From contig JAQGDQ010000340.1 in the NCBI GenBank assembly GCA_030141605.1, positions 62,001-126,000 of the forward strand: a DNA stretch of 64,000 bases, read 5' to 3'. The notes under the pieces were generated by a model. The model did not search any database. It saw only the letters and a program-made list of their open reading frames with translations, and was not told where the DNA came from. This document shows positions 37,263 through 56,990 of this stretch, piece by piece. The position numbers and the translations under genes are program-made. Position 1 is the stretch's first letter. Each line of letters opens with the position of its first letter. This DNA is from Tubiluchus corallicola. Its lineage: Eukaryota > Animalia > Priapulida.

Positions 37263-37869
37263 CTCAGCGAGGTTGAGACGTGTGATATTCCAAAATACAA
37301 CGTTCAATAACTTACAAGCCAAAAGCCCAGCTAGGTGTGGCATAGCACGTGATGATCAGCTGATGTGCGACGGGCGACTCAGAAGTAAAGAATGATGATG
37401 TAATCCTCATGTAACCCAAGAAGCCATGTACAGGGTCAGTACAAGCAAAGTGTATAAAGAGGAAGTGACGAAATTCGCCTATTGTTTTTGCGATTAGCGG
37501 CTATGCTGGCGGCATCAAACGGCTAATCAGTAAAAAAAATTTGCGGCGCATTGACTGTAATAATAATATTCTTAAGTTCACCAATAATGTTGGCATACGC
37601 TCAATTTTGAGAAGCCAAAATCACTTTTGCGTTTTTAATAAAAGAAGTATATCTCAACTAAAAGCAATTATTAGTTTAAAAAAACTGAAAACATTTCATG
37701 AAAAGGAAAAAATTGTAGCAATAAGTTTGTATTATGTACTTGCAAATGCCTCTTCAGTTTCCTTGTAAGTAAAATTTTATTGTTTTTCCTGAGGAAAGAG
37801 GCTAGCTGACTGCGCGATGGGCTGCCTACTATGTAAAAAAGTAATGCATTTTTTATTGATTTATTGATT

Positions 37870-38018
37870 TTTCTCTCCCTCCCTCTCTTAGAGAGAAAGA
37901 GAGGAAGGGAGAAAGAGAGAGGGACAGGAAGAGAAACAGTGAAAGGGAGGGAAAGAGAAAGAAAGAGAGAGACAGAGAAAGGGGGAGGGAGAGAGACAGA
38001 GACAGAGAGAGAGAGAGA
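37870..38018. repeat. Purine-rich (AG) simple repeat
   Basis: gagagaaagagaggaaggga...gagagagag. Confidence 0.85.
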
Positions 38019-39819
38019 TCCTTCTTTTCCTTTTGTTGAAGGTTCTGCTATTTGTTTCTTGGTCATTTTACTCCAATGCAAGGTAGCGAATTTGGCACAT
38101 TAAAAATTGCACCCATTTACGTGCCCTGCAATTAATCTATATATTGTAGGATTGTATATAAATAATTCGCACACTATAAATATATTTCCGTATTCATGAT
38201 ATAACAGAGGCAAGTAAATGTATTTAATTTTCACAATGGAAATACGATGGTGAAATACCAAGAGGGTCAAGTAGTCAAGCCATCCTTCAATGGATGTATG
38301 TGATTATTGGGATGACACTGTAACTATTTCACTCATGAATAGTAGTGAAATTACATTATTACTATTTTACTTAGCAACTTGATCTGTTTAAAATTCTCTA
38401 ATCAACTTTAAATAACTGAAGGATGAAAATGCAATCAAAGATATCTAAACATACAGGAAAATGATAAACAAAAATCAATGGTAAGCAAAAGCCAAATAAT
38501 GTGGTACACATGAATAAAAAATGATCAAAATTCAAGCTGTCATATCGTCCATGCATAACTCAATATGAGAAAAACATGCAAAATAATAACAATAATACTA
38601 TATAAAAAATTATAAAAAACAAATCAAATAAAATGAAAAGCAAGCTAGCCAAACAGAAATTTAAATAAACTTTCAAATAGGGAACTGAATCAAGCTGCAA
38701 AATACATGCATTAAAATAATAACTAAAGAGTCTGATTAATAAACAAAACAAAGTTTGAGTCAAATACCAAAAATTAGATTCTACGAAGCTGAGCCTATAT
38801 ATTTAACTAATTAAAATGATTGCCCTTGGCACCTAGGCCTGTATAAAATCAGTTAATTTAAGCCCATCAATAAATAATATTTATCAAAACTTGTCAGTGG
38901 ATTTAGCCACAGGTGTTTTATTAGTACGCTTATACAAGTACATTTTTAACACGTAAGCAAACTGTATTTAATGAACATTTATTTTGATGTAAGCCTAATT
39001 GAATCTTAAAAAATTAGGCTAAATACAAGTAATGTCTGCACATGATATATAAGGTGTTATGACACGCGTACAGATTCTAATTTATGCGCCAGGTTGGCTT
39101 CTCTCCTGAATTCTGTAACTAGATTTTGACCTAGTTAGTTGGTTGTTATAGAGGTGGAAGCAATGTTGGCTGCTTAGGATGACAGCTCTGATGTTTCGTT
39201 CAGTTATTTTTTGTTTGCTGATAATAAAAAAGATGTAATGTCGTAAATGCATCTCTGCTTGTTCAACGTAATTTTATAACTAACTCCAACTCACAACAAA
39301 GGCCAATGTATGATTATGTGCTTTTTAAACATTTTTTAACTTGGAATTAACGAAATATGCAGATGCTTAGATTAAGTTTTGTTCTGGAAAATTATTTGCT
39401 CTTCTGAAAAAATCGATTTTTTTTTCTATGAAAGGTATTATTACACATGAAAGTCAGGCCTAATATTTCTTCAAGTTATATTTCCTGATAAGAACATATT
39501 AAATAGGAATTTTTTTTTAGAAAAAAATATTTCTCCAGAAATCGAATACTACATGACCCAGGTATTTGCAACCTTTTTTTTGATCAACTTTCTTAACTTC
39601 TTTTGTAAATACTAAATAAGCCTATTAATTTTTATGAGATATGATTATAATAATCTTTATTTTAACTACTAATTATTCTTAATGCCTTACGTTTGCTTTA
39701 AATAATACTTAAAAATATAACAGCTGCTATAAATCGCCAAAGAGAGATGTAGGCCTTGCAGTCTTTGCTTAGTGTACAGTGTACACAATATTTAACTTGT
39801 AACAAAAGTTACAAAACTG

Positions 39820-40259
39820 TGTTATAATTAACATTTTATTATAATTACTTGGCTGCATCCTTGCGAAATTTAAAAAGATATTTGTATTTGTGTTTTTGCA
39901 ACTCACTGCTGAGCAATTTATGAGCGCCTATTAACCAGCCTGGTTTTGATAGTCTCATCAATTCATCTGCTACAGTTACCCACAGCTTGCGCTGTTGCGT
40001 ACCTGACAACAACAGTCCGTACTGAACTGCCGCTAGGGCGACACTAACTGCGCGAACTACTGCGCATATCCTACTTTCTGTGGTTTATATTCTTTGGTAC
40101 AAGTGTATAAAGGCAATTGGTAGAACGGAGCTCATTTGTACAATGAGGAGACCTCGTGAAAAATGGCGTAATTTTGTAGCAAAGTAATTTCGTGAGAGAA
40201 TCCAATTTATGTCTTGGTCGCTTGCAAACAATTGTTTTTTTTAATAAAGAACCATAACA
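39820..40259 (+). repeat. Candidate 5' LTR with degenerate primer-binding site
   Basis: TGTTAT...ATAACA termini, TATAAA near 40106, AATAAA at 40243; followed by cagcggtgggatc (40262-40274), resembling a tRNA-Leu PBS missing its TGG start. Confidence 0.55.
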
Positions 40260-43200
40260 AACAGCGGTGGGATCAATGATAAAATGTTAATATAGTGTTT
40301 TAATAGCAATTTGAAAGCAGTAGTGAAACGCGACGATAGCAGGCATTGTTATGATTAGACCAGGTTGGCGGTATAGCAGCATCTGGTGCTTTTAGCTGGC
40401 ATGGTGATGAATTATAGCATTTACTGTTAGCGGAAATAACATTTTATGGTAAGATAACATAGCATACCATTATGGGCGATCAAGAGCAAGATGGTGGTAA
40501 TGTAGCTGGAGTCCCAGCAGCTCCTGTAGCGTCATTACCGGTGGTACAGGCACCGAGCTTTGATGGCAGTTCAGACTTTGATAAATTTATTAAGAGATTT
40601 GAACGAGTAGCAATAGCGAATAACTGGGATAATACTAAGAAATTCCAAGTCTTGCCAGCTGCATGGTGTATGGTGAAGCAGAGAATGCATTAGATACCCT
40701 CCCTGATACAGCTAATGATTATGAACAGTTGAAAGCGCACCTAAAGTGTGTTTTTCGCCCTGAGCAAGCACAACGATTCTATCTTACCCAGTTTAATCAG
40801 CGAACTCTGAAGCATGATGAGTCACCATTCACATATGCAAGCAATCTTAAGAAACTATTTCAGGCGGCTAATCCTGAAATAACTGATGCTAATGTGATTG
40901 ACCGACTTTGTGTACAACGTTTCATAGAGGGTCTTAAACCAGAACTGCACACAAAGTTTTATGAAGCTGACATTCATACACTCGAAGCAGCTATTAAGAA
41001 ATTAAATAGTGTTCTAATTACGAGAGATGTAGTTAATAAGCAAGAAAATAGTGTTGAACGGAGACAGCAACCTACAGCAAGACGTCAGTTTAATATGAGT
41101 GCTCATCACGAAAAGCCACTTCAGTCTAGCATAGTTTGCAAGTACTGCAAAAAGCCAGGGCATACACCAGAAGCTTGCATGAAATGTTTCAAGTATGGAT
41201 TGAGGGGTCATCTAGCACGAAACTGTTATACCTTGTGTAATGCATGTAAACAAAAGGGGCACATAACTTGCAACTGTACTGTAGCTAAATCTCCAACAGC
41301 CGTGAAATCTGATACAACTTCTGCAACTTTAAGCACACGAATTACTGGCGAAGATAATAGCTTGGGTGTGAAACGTACTCTGGGTCAGAGAGAAATATTA
41401 GCTATATTAGATGGAGGTTCGACGCGTTCTTTGATCAGTTTAAAAGCTGTACAACAAGCTGGAATTAGTTTTGTGCCTCCTTCCGTAAATGTGGTAGCGG
41501 CGGATCAAAGCATTAGTTTGAAAGTGCATGGCACTACTGTTATTACAATTTCTGTATCTGATACAAGGAATGTCAAGCTTCAGTTTATCGTAGCAGATTG
41601 CGGTGATGCTATGATTTTAGGTATCGATTTCTGACGAGCAGCTAATGTTGTCATTGACCATGGGCATGGTGCAGTAAGTGTAGAAGGAACACCTGTGACA
41701 GCATATCGAAACGGAGTACCAGTGCCCATTGTCACTTGCCGAGAAAATGTTGTTTTGCCACCAGCGTCTGAGACCATGATCTTGGCAAAAAGTAGTCGAC
41801 CATTTGTAACTCGTCACACAATGTTTCTAGAACCAGCAGTTGTGGGGATTCCAGGTTTGGCTTTAGCTCGAGCCTGTGTTAATCCTGATTCAGAGAATAT
41901 TCCAGTACGATTGATGAATTTCACCAAACACCCTGTTGTGTTGCAGTCGGCTTCCGTGCTGGGAAGATTGCAGTCTGGTGACAGTGAGCCTCTTGCTAAT
42001 GCTGTTAACTGTTGAGTGTATGCACGAAAATAAAGCTTCAGTAGAGGAAGCAGGTGATTTGAAGCAAATCAAGGAGGTTGATTTACCCAATCTAAATAAA
42101 AAGCAGAAGCAGAAATTGCAAGATCTGTTGATCAAATACAAAGATATCTTCTCCTTGCATGGTGAGCTAGGACGAGTGCATAGTGTTGGGCATGCAATTA
42201 AGGTAACAGGGCCGCCTATAAAGCAAAAGCCGTATCGCGTGCCTGTTCATTTAAAACAGGAAGTCGCTGAACAGCTTAAGGAGATGCTAGAGCAGCAGGT
42301 GATAGAAGAAACCGAGTCACCATGGGCAAGTCCGATAGTCCTTGTCAGTAAGCATCATGATGGAAAATATAGATTCTGCGTAGATTATAGACGTTTGAAT
42401 GCTGTTACGCATAAAAGTTCGTGTCCACTTCCAAGGATGGATCAGCTACTCAATAGTGTAGGAAACGCAGCTTGGTTTACAACACTGGATCAGAAAGCAG
42501 GTTACTGGCAGATCCCTTCAGAACTGGATGCTAAAGAGAAAACAGCTTTTGTAACAGAAGCCGGACAGTTTCAGTTTTCAGTACTCCCTTTTGGTTTATG
42601 TGATGCACCTTGTACCTTTCAAAGGTTAATGACCTTAATTTTTAAAGGTTTACAGTGGAAAACTGCTCTTATTTATTTAGATGATGTACTAATTTTTAGT
42701 GATACTTTTGAGGAGCACTTAGTACATTTAGGCAAAGTTTTTCAACGTATTAGGCATTTTGGTCTGAAACTAAAGCTAGAGAAATGCCAAAATTACTAAA
42801 AATGAAGTAACATTTTTAGGTCACAGGGTTACATCGCTGAACACAGTAAAATTGAAGCCATACAAGCATGGAAGTGTCCCACTAATGTTAAAGAAATCAG
42901 ACAGTTTGTTGGGTTTTGTAGCTATTTCAGACACTTCATTCCCAATTTTGCAACCATAGTTGCACCTCTAACTAAGCTTACACGAAAAGATGTACCATTT
43001 ATATGGTCAGAGGATTGTAATCTAGCATTTAATTGTTTAAAGGCGAAATTGATATGTGAACCTCTTTTAAGAAACCCAGACCCAGAAGTGACATTTCGTT
43101 TAACCACGGATGGTAGTGGTGTAGGTTGGGGTTGTGTTCTGAGCCAGCTTGACAAAAATAACCATGTGTATGTGATCTCGTATGCCTCTGGTTTATTTAG

Positions 43201-44258
43201 TTCAGCGGAATTGAATTATACGACAACACAAAAAGAGTTGTTGGCTGTTATTAGAAGTGTAGAAAAATTCAAGCATTATTTGTTAGGTCAAAAATTCATT
43301 TTGATTACAGACCATCAAGCTTTGAAATGGCTCCACACATTGAAAGATCCAAAAGGTAAACTAGCAAGGTGGATTATGTTTTTAGCTGATTACAATTTTG
43401 AAATTTTACATAAGCCAGGGAAAGATATCCCACAAGCAGACGCATTGTCAAGAATGCGTAGAGAAGAGGTAGCTAGGAGAGCAAAAGCTAAACAAGCAGA
43501 CAGCGCAGATGGAGAGCTAGCATTAGCCACTGAGCAGAATGAGAATTTTAGGTGGCTAAGAGATTACTTGCAAGGAAAAGTAGATTTAGCAGAGCAGCCA
43601 GCAGATGAACAAATAGAGTTTTACTTGCAAGAAAAGCATAACATAAGAGTAGAAGATGGAGTGATAGCTAGACAAACTAGTGAAGAAAAGCAGCCGCAGT
43701 TTTTAGTTCCGGCAAAGCTTAGGAATAAGATATTTCAGCTAGCACATGAAGCACGCATTTCAGGACATTTGGGTATGTGCAGAAAGTCACTCCAAGATTT
43801 TATTTTTTTAATTTGAAGAAATTTGTTAGGGCTAAGTGTCAGCAATGTCTAAGCTGTAGCGAGGTCAAAAGATCACCTAGACTCACAGAGAACCTTTAGG
43901 AACTATACCTGTACTTGGCGAAAAGTTTGCGCAGATATCACTTGACATTTTGGAGCTAACTCATTCAAGCAGTGGCAATAGATATTTGCTCGTAATTACT
44001 GATTTGTTTTCTAAGTGGGTAGAGGCATATCCGATTGCAATTCAAACAGGGGCAGTTATAGTAGAAAAGCTGATGGATTTTATAAGCAGGTATGGTGTAC
44101 CGCAAACCTTATTGTCTGATCAAGGAGCCAATGTAGATGGCAAAGTCATTAATGAATTGCGTAAGTGGCTAGGGATTAAAAAGCTCAGAACATCAAAGTA
44201 CCATCCAGCAACCAATGGACAGACGGAAAAGTTTAATGATACAGTGTGTATGATTTAA
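39820..44258 (+). mobile_element. Decayed Ty3/Gypsy LTR retrotransposon, 3'-truncated
   Basis: gag from 40472 with three CCHC-type knuckles, protease LDGGS, RT (FCVDYRRLN, YLDD), RNase H, integrase (DLFSKW, SDQG, YHPATNGQTEKFN); several stops and frameshifts; breaks inside the integrase; no 3' LTR seen. Confidence 0.95.
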
Positions 44259-44683
44259 ATAATCGTGAGTGATTTAAATAATTCTATTTCTTTGCCTGAC
44301 ATTCTCCCCTTGCCAAAGTTTCCTCCCACATGTAATTAGCTGCCGCCATGTCAGCAATGTTTGAGACGTGATGCTAATCCAAAATACAATGTTCAATAAC
44401 CTGCAAGATGAGAATTTTTCGAAATTATCATTAAAAAGCTCAGAACATCAACGTACCATCCAGCAACCAATGGACAGACAGAAAAGTTTAATGATACAGT
44501 GTGTATGATTTAAATAATCGTGAGCGATTTAAATAATTCTATTTCTCTGCCTGACATTCTCCCCTTGCCAAAGTTTCCTCCCACATGTAATTAGCTGCCG
44601 CCATGTCAGCAAGGTTTGAGACGTGATGCTAATCCAAAATACAATGTTCACTAACCTGCAAGCTGAGAATTTTTCGAAATTAT
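44177..44683. repeat. 254-bp tandem duplication spanning the integrase break and an exon-A-like sequence
   Basis: ttaaaaagctcagaacatca at 44177 and 44431; both copies contain sequence similar to 37205-37318. Confidence 0.92.
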
Positions 44684-45722
44684 AATACCGGGAAGATGAA
44701 TAGTAATTTATTTTTTTCTTCCATATACAATAATTTGACAATAAAATACACAAAAATACAAACGAACATAGGAGAAAGGGTGGCGAAAAACCAAAGGTTA
44801 TAGAGTCAACCACCCTCCAACAGGTCTAAAACATAACAACACAATTCGTCAATGTCTCCACCATGCATGCATAAAACTAGAAAAAAACTTGACCAAAAAC
44901 TGCAACGTTTATAGCATCTACCAGTGGTAAATAAGTACAAAGTTCCTATTTGCTGTGATAACAGCTAGAACACATGAGTGAGAGCAAAGCTATTAACTCG
45001 GTAGGATTTCGAATGTGGAAGAGGGAAACTCACCATCAATATCAAATGTTGTTAGAGAGGACTTTTTCTGTCTTTCTAGCTTTAGAATTACTTCGTATTG
45101 TTTTTTGTTGTTGTTGAAAATCGCTTGTGGATGTTGTAGACATTGCAGTATTGTATTGTTATGCTCGCATTTGCATATGAATGGTACAGTTGACATAGTA
45201 TTATGATGTTAAGTTCTTGTAAAAATAGCAAGTTCGTAGCTGCTGTCTGTCGCCACTGAGGATACTTATAAAATTCCATGTTTATTAACTATACATACAG
45301 TCAGAATAGACATTACAAATATAGCCTAGTGTCTAGCCATCAGTCTCTAACCCTATCTTCTCCTCAGCTCAGAAGGGCATCTGACATTGTTGACTCTATA
45401 GACACGCCCCAGGTAACTGCGCATCAAACAAGGTCACCCTTCTTTGGATATTTGCCAGTTCTTGCCTATCAACTGAAATCGATTTTCCCCGACTGAAGTG
45501 ATAGATTTTTTAGGAACTATAAATTAGACATTCTCTTTACTGTTAAACATTGTTAATATTTAGCTGACACACAACATGTCACATGTTTTACATATGACAT
45601 GACAAGCACACAAACAATGTATCTATATATATATACTGTAATGTGCATGTGTATATGTTAATGTATACGAGTATATTAATGCATATTGTAATGTATATAT
45701 TATAATGTATATTTCTTCCCAC

Positions 45723-47072
45723 ATCTTAGTAACTACGAATGCCACAAGACTTATATTCGTATTTCGTAGCAGGTTCTCATAATGTGCTACCTGAATTGCA
45801 ACATCGAATTGTTCCAGGCGCAGATGTAGTATTATTTGTTCCAAAAAATCTCTTTTTGGAGGTGCCTAAATATGTATTAATATCTATCTATACCCAGACC
45901 ACAATAAAAATATTGTTAATTGTATTATGTTAATTATGCAAATGCAGGACATAATATTTTTGTGCACTAATGGTATTTGTAAAAAATTGTGTAAAGTTTC
46001 ATGCAGGTGCAAGCCGCAGCTTAGCTTGAACAATAAGTTGTCATGATATTTGTGACAAGCAACTTATGTTCATTGTTCTGCTGTAGCTTCTAGCATCACA
46101 CTGCCGGAATTGGCATTGCTAAAGTTGGCGTTGCTATGGTGACTGAGCAGTTTTTTTTGTCTGCCATCTAGGGGCGAGTTAAAAAAAACAATGCAAATAT
46201 GTAATTGCACTACTTGCAGCCTATGCTTTTATGGAAACTCGTTGCCTAATCACTGCATGTATGTAAGCAATCAAACGCATATCGGGGAAAGCCGTATAAC
46301 TCATATCGGGGAAAACCGCATAACGCATATCGGGGAAAACCGCATAACACATATCGGGGAAAACCGTATAACCACCGTTTATTTGCATACGTCACGTGAA
46401 CTACCCTGCCAGGTGGTAGATTATTTAGCTGGTAAACTTCAACGAAAAACAATTCCTTCAGTATATTAGCAGACTTAGTGTATGCTGTGTACACACCATA
46501 GAAGTATTCAAATATCTACGCTGTACACTATTATCAGTAAATAATATTTGCCTTTGATACGGTTGCTTTTCAGGACCATCGTTGTCAATTCACTGGCTTA
46601 TGCACAACACTGTGATAGTGTACAAATAATTTTGTACACTATTTTACTTACACACTCAGACAATGCATAATGTACATTGTTTGTTTTATATCACTATAAT
46701 ACTTTTACAGGTGTGTGTAATTAAATTGATTTTATTTCACTGCACTCTATATTAAGTGCATCAACAGCTGATTCATCTGTAGTAATTTAGTAATTTATAC
46801 ATGCCAATAATTAATATGTCATATGCCATTATGTTTTGCACCTAAGATCTTTATATATATATATATATATGTATGTATATATTCAGGCACATCAACGTCG
46901 TGGTGTATTTGGGCTGTTAAAATGCACATACTGAGCATATCTAGTGGATTGCTTATTTCATACATAAACCCGAATATCGTTGAAATCTTCGTCAATGAAA
47001 TTTAATTTGTCATTTACTAATGAGGTATCAATATACCTTGACCAAGCTTGACGACACAAACTGAATGCAAAC
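45723..47072 (-). CDS. Tentative chain of small exons of an unidentified gene
   Basis: 47037-47072, 46405-46484 and an exon starting at 45865 join in frame as LHSVCVVKLGQAYTKSANILKELFFVEVYQLNNLPPGRAPPKRDFLEQIILHLRLEQFDVAIQ; no recognisable homology. Confidence 0.25.
46278..46372. repeat. 24-bp tandem repeat x4
   Basis: catatcggggaaaaccg(c/t)ataac. Confidence 0.9.
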
Positions 47073-48580
47073 CTGAATGGAGGATGTGAATTGCTCTTAG
47101 CAATCCATTTTTTCTAAACATTTTTTATTCTAGCCCGACAGGATGTCATGTCCGCTTCAATACGACGCAACTCATGGAATGTTCATTCACGAACATCTAA
47201 TAATAGTTTGACTACAGTCATGTACACAGGCGAAATTTCTCTGTAATTGTCACACGGTCATTTCACAGAGAAGTAACATCCCCAGCCATTAATAAAATTA
47301 AGAGAAAAACTGGTGAAGTCTATTAAAGTTGTTTTTCCTCTTGACATCAACCAAAACTGAACAAGATATTTCGAAATCGTCAACATAGCTCAAAAAGAAC
47401 ATCGCCTATGGCGGATTGCTTTTGTCTAGTTCATGTTAACTGTGCATTGTATAGTTTTTTATTTTCCTATGATCATGTTTTTTAGACATTTTTCTTCCAT
47501 AATTGGGTTTAAATATTGAAAAAGAAACTACACAATTCAGTATTACTAGCAGGCATCATCATCACAATAAAAATTTTGTTTTTATTACATAAGCCCTCTG
47601 ACAAAAATTTACTTTTCATTTATAAACTTATGCCTATGGTTCCTTTCATGATGGGTTTTTGTATTGAAACTACCAGTGTGGTGTGTCATTCAACTTCTGT
47701 AGTAGCCTTCTTACATATTCTAAGATCTTTTTTTCAAATTGGATCCCGTTTTTTAAGTTGATCTGCATAGTGTGATATCATTTTTTGTACAATTAGATCC
47801 TAAATCATTGTGTTGTTACTTCATCCTAAAGCACTCCCTGATTCTCAAATCACCCCTGTTCCCATAACCAGTTGGAACGTGTGACGTCAGTCAACGTGTG
47901 AAGGTGCCTTAACCATTGCTGTACTATGCACTGAGGCAATAATTAAAAGCGTTAGTTTCAAAAACGGAAAAGTAAAAAAACTACGACAAAAGACAGCACT
48001 TTTATTGGAAAACTACAGAAATGCAGACTTCAACACTGACCGTCAAACCGCTAGATCAGTATGAAAGCAGCGCGAACACTTTTCTTTTTGTAAACATATT
48101 TCTTTAAATTATCCATATTTGGCAACCTGATGTAACTAAATCAAAACTGAATTGATTGCCAACCCTGTTTCGAACAAACTGTTCATTGTCAAGGCATCTA
48201 AAACAAAGAAATTTACAGGAATTTAGAAACAACATCGAAATGCAATTCAGTAGTTAGGTAGCTAAAAGATATATGGCTAATATCCCCAGTAATATCTTTA
48301 ACAGTAACAATTATGGCTTAAGTTGCATTGTTAAAGAATTAAAAGAGCATTATCTCTCTTCTTATAGTGACTCATCTAATCTACCTGATTGCTATGTATG
48401 CCAACTACATTAGTGTAACTTAGCGTGATAACTCTGACATCACTCTTGTAACTCTTGTAGAGTATTCTGTGTTTCCGGTTTCTGTGTTTCGTGGGGCTGC
48501 CACGTCTGCAACCTTACAGGTTTTTTGTTGCACATTGTATGCGCCATATTTTATGTTGAATATTATTTAAATAAATTGTC

Positions 48581-48615
48581 TACTACTATTACTACTGCTG
48601 CTACTACTACTATTG

Positions 48616-48684
<69 letters not shown>

Positions 48685-48781
48685 TTGCTACTACTACTAC
48701 TACTACTACTACTGCTACTACTACCACTATCACTACTATTACTATTACTACTACTACTACCACTATCACTACTATTACTAT

Positions 48782-48845
<64 letters not shown>

Positions 48846-48975
48846 GCTACTACTACTTCCACTATCACTACTATTACTACTACTACTACTACTACTACTA
48901 CTGCTTCTACTACTATTACTACTACTACCACTACCACTACTACTACTACCACCACCACCACTACCACTACTACTA
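48581..48975. repeat. (ACT)n compound microsatellite
   Basis: Interrupted actactact run; produces spurious poly-T/L/V ORFs. Confidence 0.97.
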
Positions 48976-50367
48976 TTTACGAGCTAGCTGTAAAAATAAA
49001 AGAATCCACTCTCACCTAATCTAATTACAAATATTATGAATTTAAAGCAGCACGACAGAAACTAACTGATCCATTAATAACAAATTTTAAATATTAACTG
49101 AATTGTCTTCTCAACAACGTTTCGGTTGCGTTTCAGAAGCTACTTCAAAAATTAGATAAGGTTGGTAGATTTATTTTAGAATGAACTGCAAGCCTGCAAA
49201 ACAAACGCATTGCGGTACAAACAATCGTAATGGCAGAAATAATTAAGAAGGCTTTTTTGTTGTTAGTACTTTTATTAAAGCATTCATACATAATTGTAAT
49301 ATAAAATTAACTACATAAATCTATAAAAGGTGTGCAATAACAAACAAAACTGGTTAAAATGGATACAGGAGAGACAGCGAGTAGAATTACTACCTACATG
49401 TGTCTGCAAAAATACAAAAAGAGGTTGAAAAGTCAATTTTATTCATCTTTGGCTAAATAATTTACGGCAATTTACGCTTACCAGTGGAAAACTATTTGCT
49501 TGTTTAGCAAGAGAATTCCCGGACTTGACACCCTATTGACAAATGTTTATTAAAAGGGTGTGCGTTGTATGTTTATAACGTTATGTGAAATTTATTTCTC
49601 TGTTTTTATATTCATTACCTGATGAAAACTATTAGTTTGTAGCCACAACGCTGCTTTTAATTGATCAAAAGTTTATTACTGTGAGATTCTTATGTTTGTA
49701 TCTATTCTTGATATTGCAGCGTTGAAGATAGGATGGTGCTGATATTGTCGTTCACGTCATATTGTAGTAAAATGTCAGAGAAGAGAGGTTTCTTGTAGTT
49801 TAGCTCTGACCAGTGTGTAGTTTAGCCCAGGCCAGTGTATAGTTTAGCCCAGGCCAGTGCATACCCGGGAGATAAACTGTCCTAGAGACAAAGCTGAAAA
49901 CTCAACAAAATGTTTAAAAATTAAGTAATTCCTTGTGTCACTCAGTGCTGCTGATATCATAGGGGTATAATCTGGTTGGGAGTTGGAATTAATTGGTCTA
50001 GGCCATAATGTTCCATAAGGGGTATAATTTAGCCAAGACTGCTTTAACCCTGCCCCCAGACTGGGGTTATATTGTATGACCTGTTTAACCAGTGTGCTGT
50101 GTTCATCTGTGTTAAGAAATACGTTGGTGCAATCAGCTCCACCTGGGTGCGGCAACTAGAACTACAGCACATCACACTGTACGTCAAACAAGTTGAACTG
50201 GCGCATCGAATCCATATGTTAAGAAATACGTTGGTACAATCAGCTCCACCTGGGTGCAATGTTTAGAACCACAACACCTCACACAAAGACACAGGTTGAC
50301 CAGGAGCACTGAGCCCATCTATGTTAAGAAACACATTGGTACAATCAGCTCCACCTGGGTGCAATAT

Positions 50368-55470
<5,103 letters not shown>

Positions 55471-56086
55471 TCATGTATCTGAAAGTGAAGATGTAGTTCG
55501 TAAAATTAAAAAAATGCCGCATTTTTCAAAGGTGTTGCTATTTTTCTTGCTAAATCATATCAAATGGCGTCGCATTTGAACATAATTATGAATTGCACAG
55601 GTTTACTGGTGGTTAAGACTATGAATATAGTTTTCCTAGCCTACAACCCATATAGCTATATATTTGTGATAAAAACATTATTTAGGTCTATAAAGCAGTG
55701 ACCGGTATTTTTACACTAAAATAAAATATTTCTTAGTAGTCTATAAGGTTCTAATATTTTTTATACAGCAATAATACTAATCCTGTGTATAAATCTTTGT
55801 ATGAAACCTGTAATGGCTAAGAGGATTAATTTCAAAGAACAATTTGTCTTTACTTACTGTTACAACAGTCTCCAAGTCAGCTTCGCAACCAAACCTTCAG
55901 ACTTCTGCGAAGAGAAAGCTTCTAGTGACTGAATCGAAATAGGATGCACGTCTTGGCAACTGTCACTGTGCATTCGTCAATGAACGAAACACAACAACAG
56001 TAAAAGACCACATTAAATATGTATTGGCATTTATATTTTAATAGGTCCTCCTGTTGAAGTTGCTATTGGTGGTGGTGTTGGTGTTG

Positions 56087-56281
<195 letters not shown>

Positions 56282-56689
56282 AATTATATATTAAGCTTTA
56301 TATTGACTTACATAGTTACACTATCAGCAGGAGTGCCTATTATTGTTAAGATCCACGAAATATCTTTACTAAGTTTCTTTCACAATACCATTTTGTATGT
56401 ATATTTTATTGTATTTTTCTCTTAATCTATGCTGACAAGGATATGCTGTAGCAGATAAACTTCTAGCCTGGATTTGCTGTTTTTCAACTAACAAAGTGCA
56501 CAGAATTGAACTACTTATCATTTGTCATTGTGTCTGCAGGGCAGTGCATTCCATGTCATAATGCAGTTATTTGATTTAAAGATTTTTTTCTAAACGAGCT
56601 GCACATGATGTAATAATAAAACCAACATTCTAAGCATTGTGAATATGTCTCTCAATAAGCATTTTAATAGTTGCGTTGTGCGCATGCGC

Positions 56690-56990
56690 AGTTGCTGTAA
56701 GTCAACGGCTAAGTGAACAGCAGTAACTACAATCGTCGCGTGACGTGTGGGTAAAGCAAAAGTGTCTGCCGCATCAGTTCAGTAACTTCAGTTGTTTTGC
56801 ATGGACTTTATTTATTTATGCATTAGTCTGTGCGTAGAGAGCAGGATCTTGTTTACGAACAAGAAGAAATGAACTAGGTATAAGGTTATAGCTAGATGTT
56901 AAAAGTGTTACTAATGCGTTGTCTGGTACACTTAACCTTTGACCTTTTCACGATCATCATCAATTGTGAAACTGGGAAAAGGCTTGTCAG
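56690..56990. mobile_element. Dispersed repeat family D copy
   Basis: Reverse complement of about 12150-12510; related copies at 18820-19000, 20220-20445 plus 21575-21720, and 51800-51940. Confidence 0.6.

Noticed and set aside
48525-49019. Poly-Thr mucin-like, poly-Leu and poly-Val ORFs
   Set aside because: Translations of an (ACT)n microsatellite with no convincing splice context
56679-56690. Perfect NRF1-type palindrome TGCGCATGCGCA
   Set aside because: Lies at the edge of a dispersed repeat copy; no evidence of promoter function
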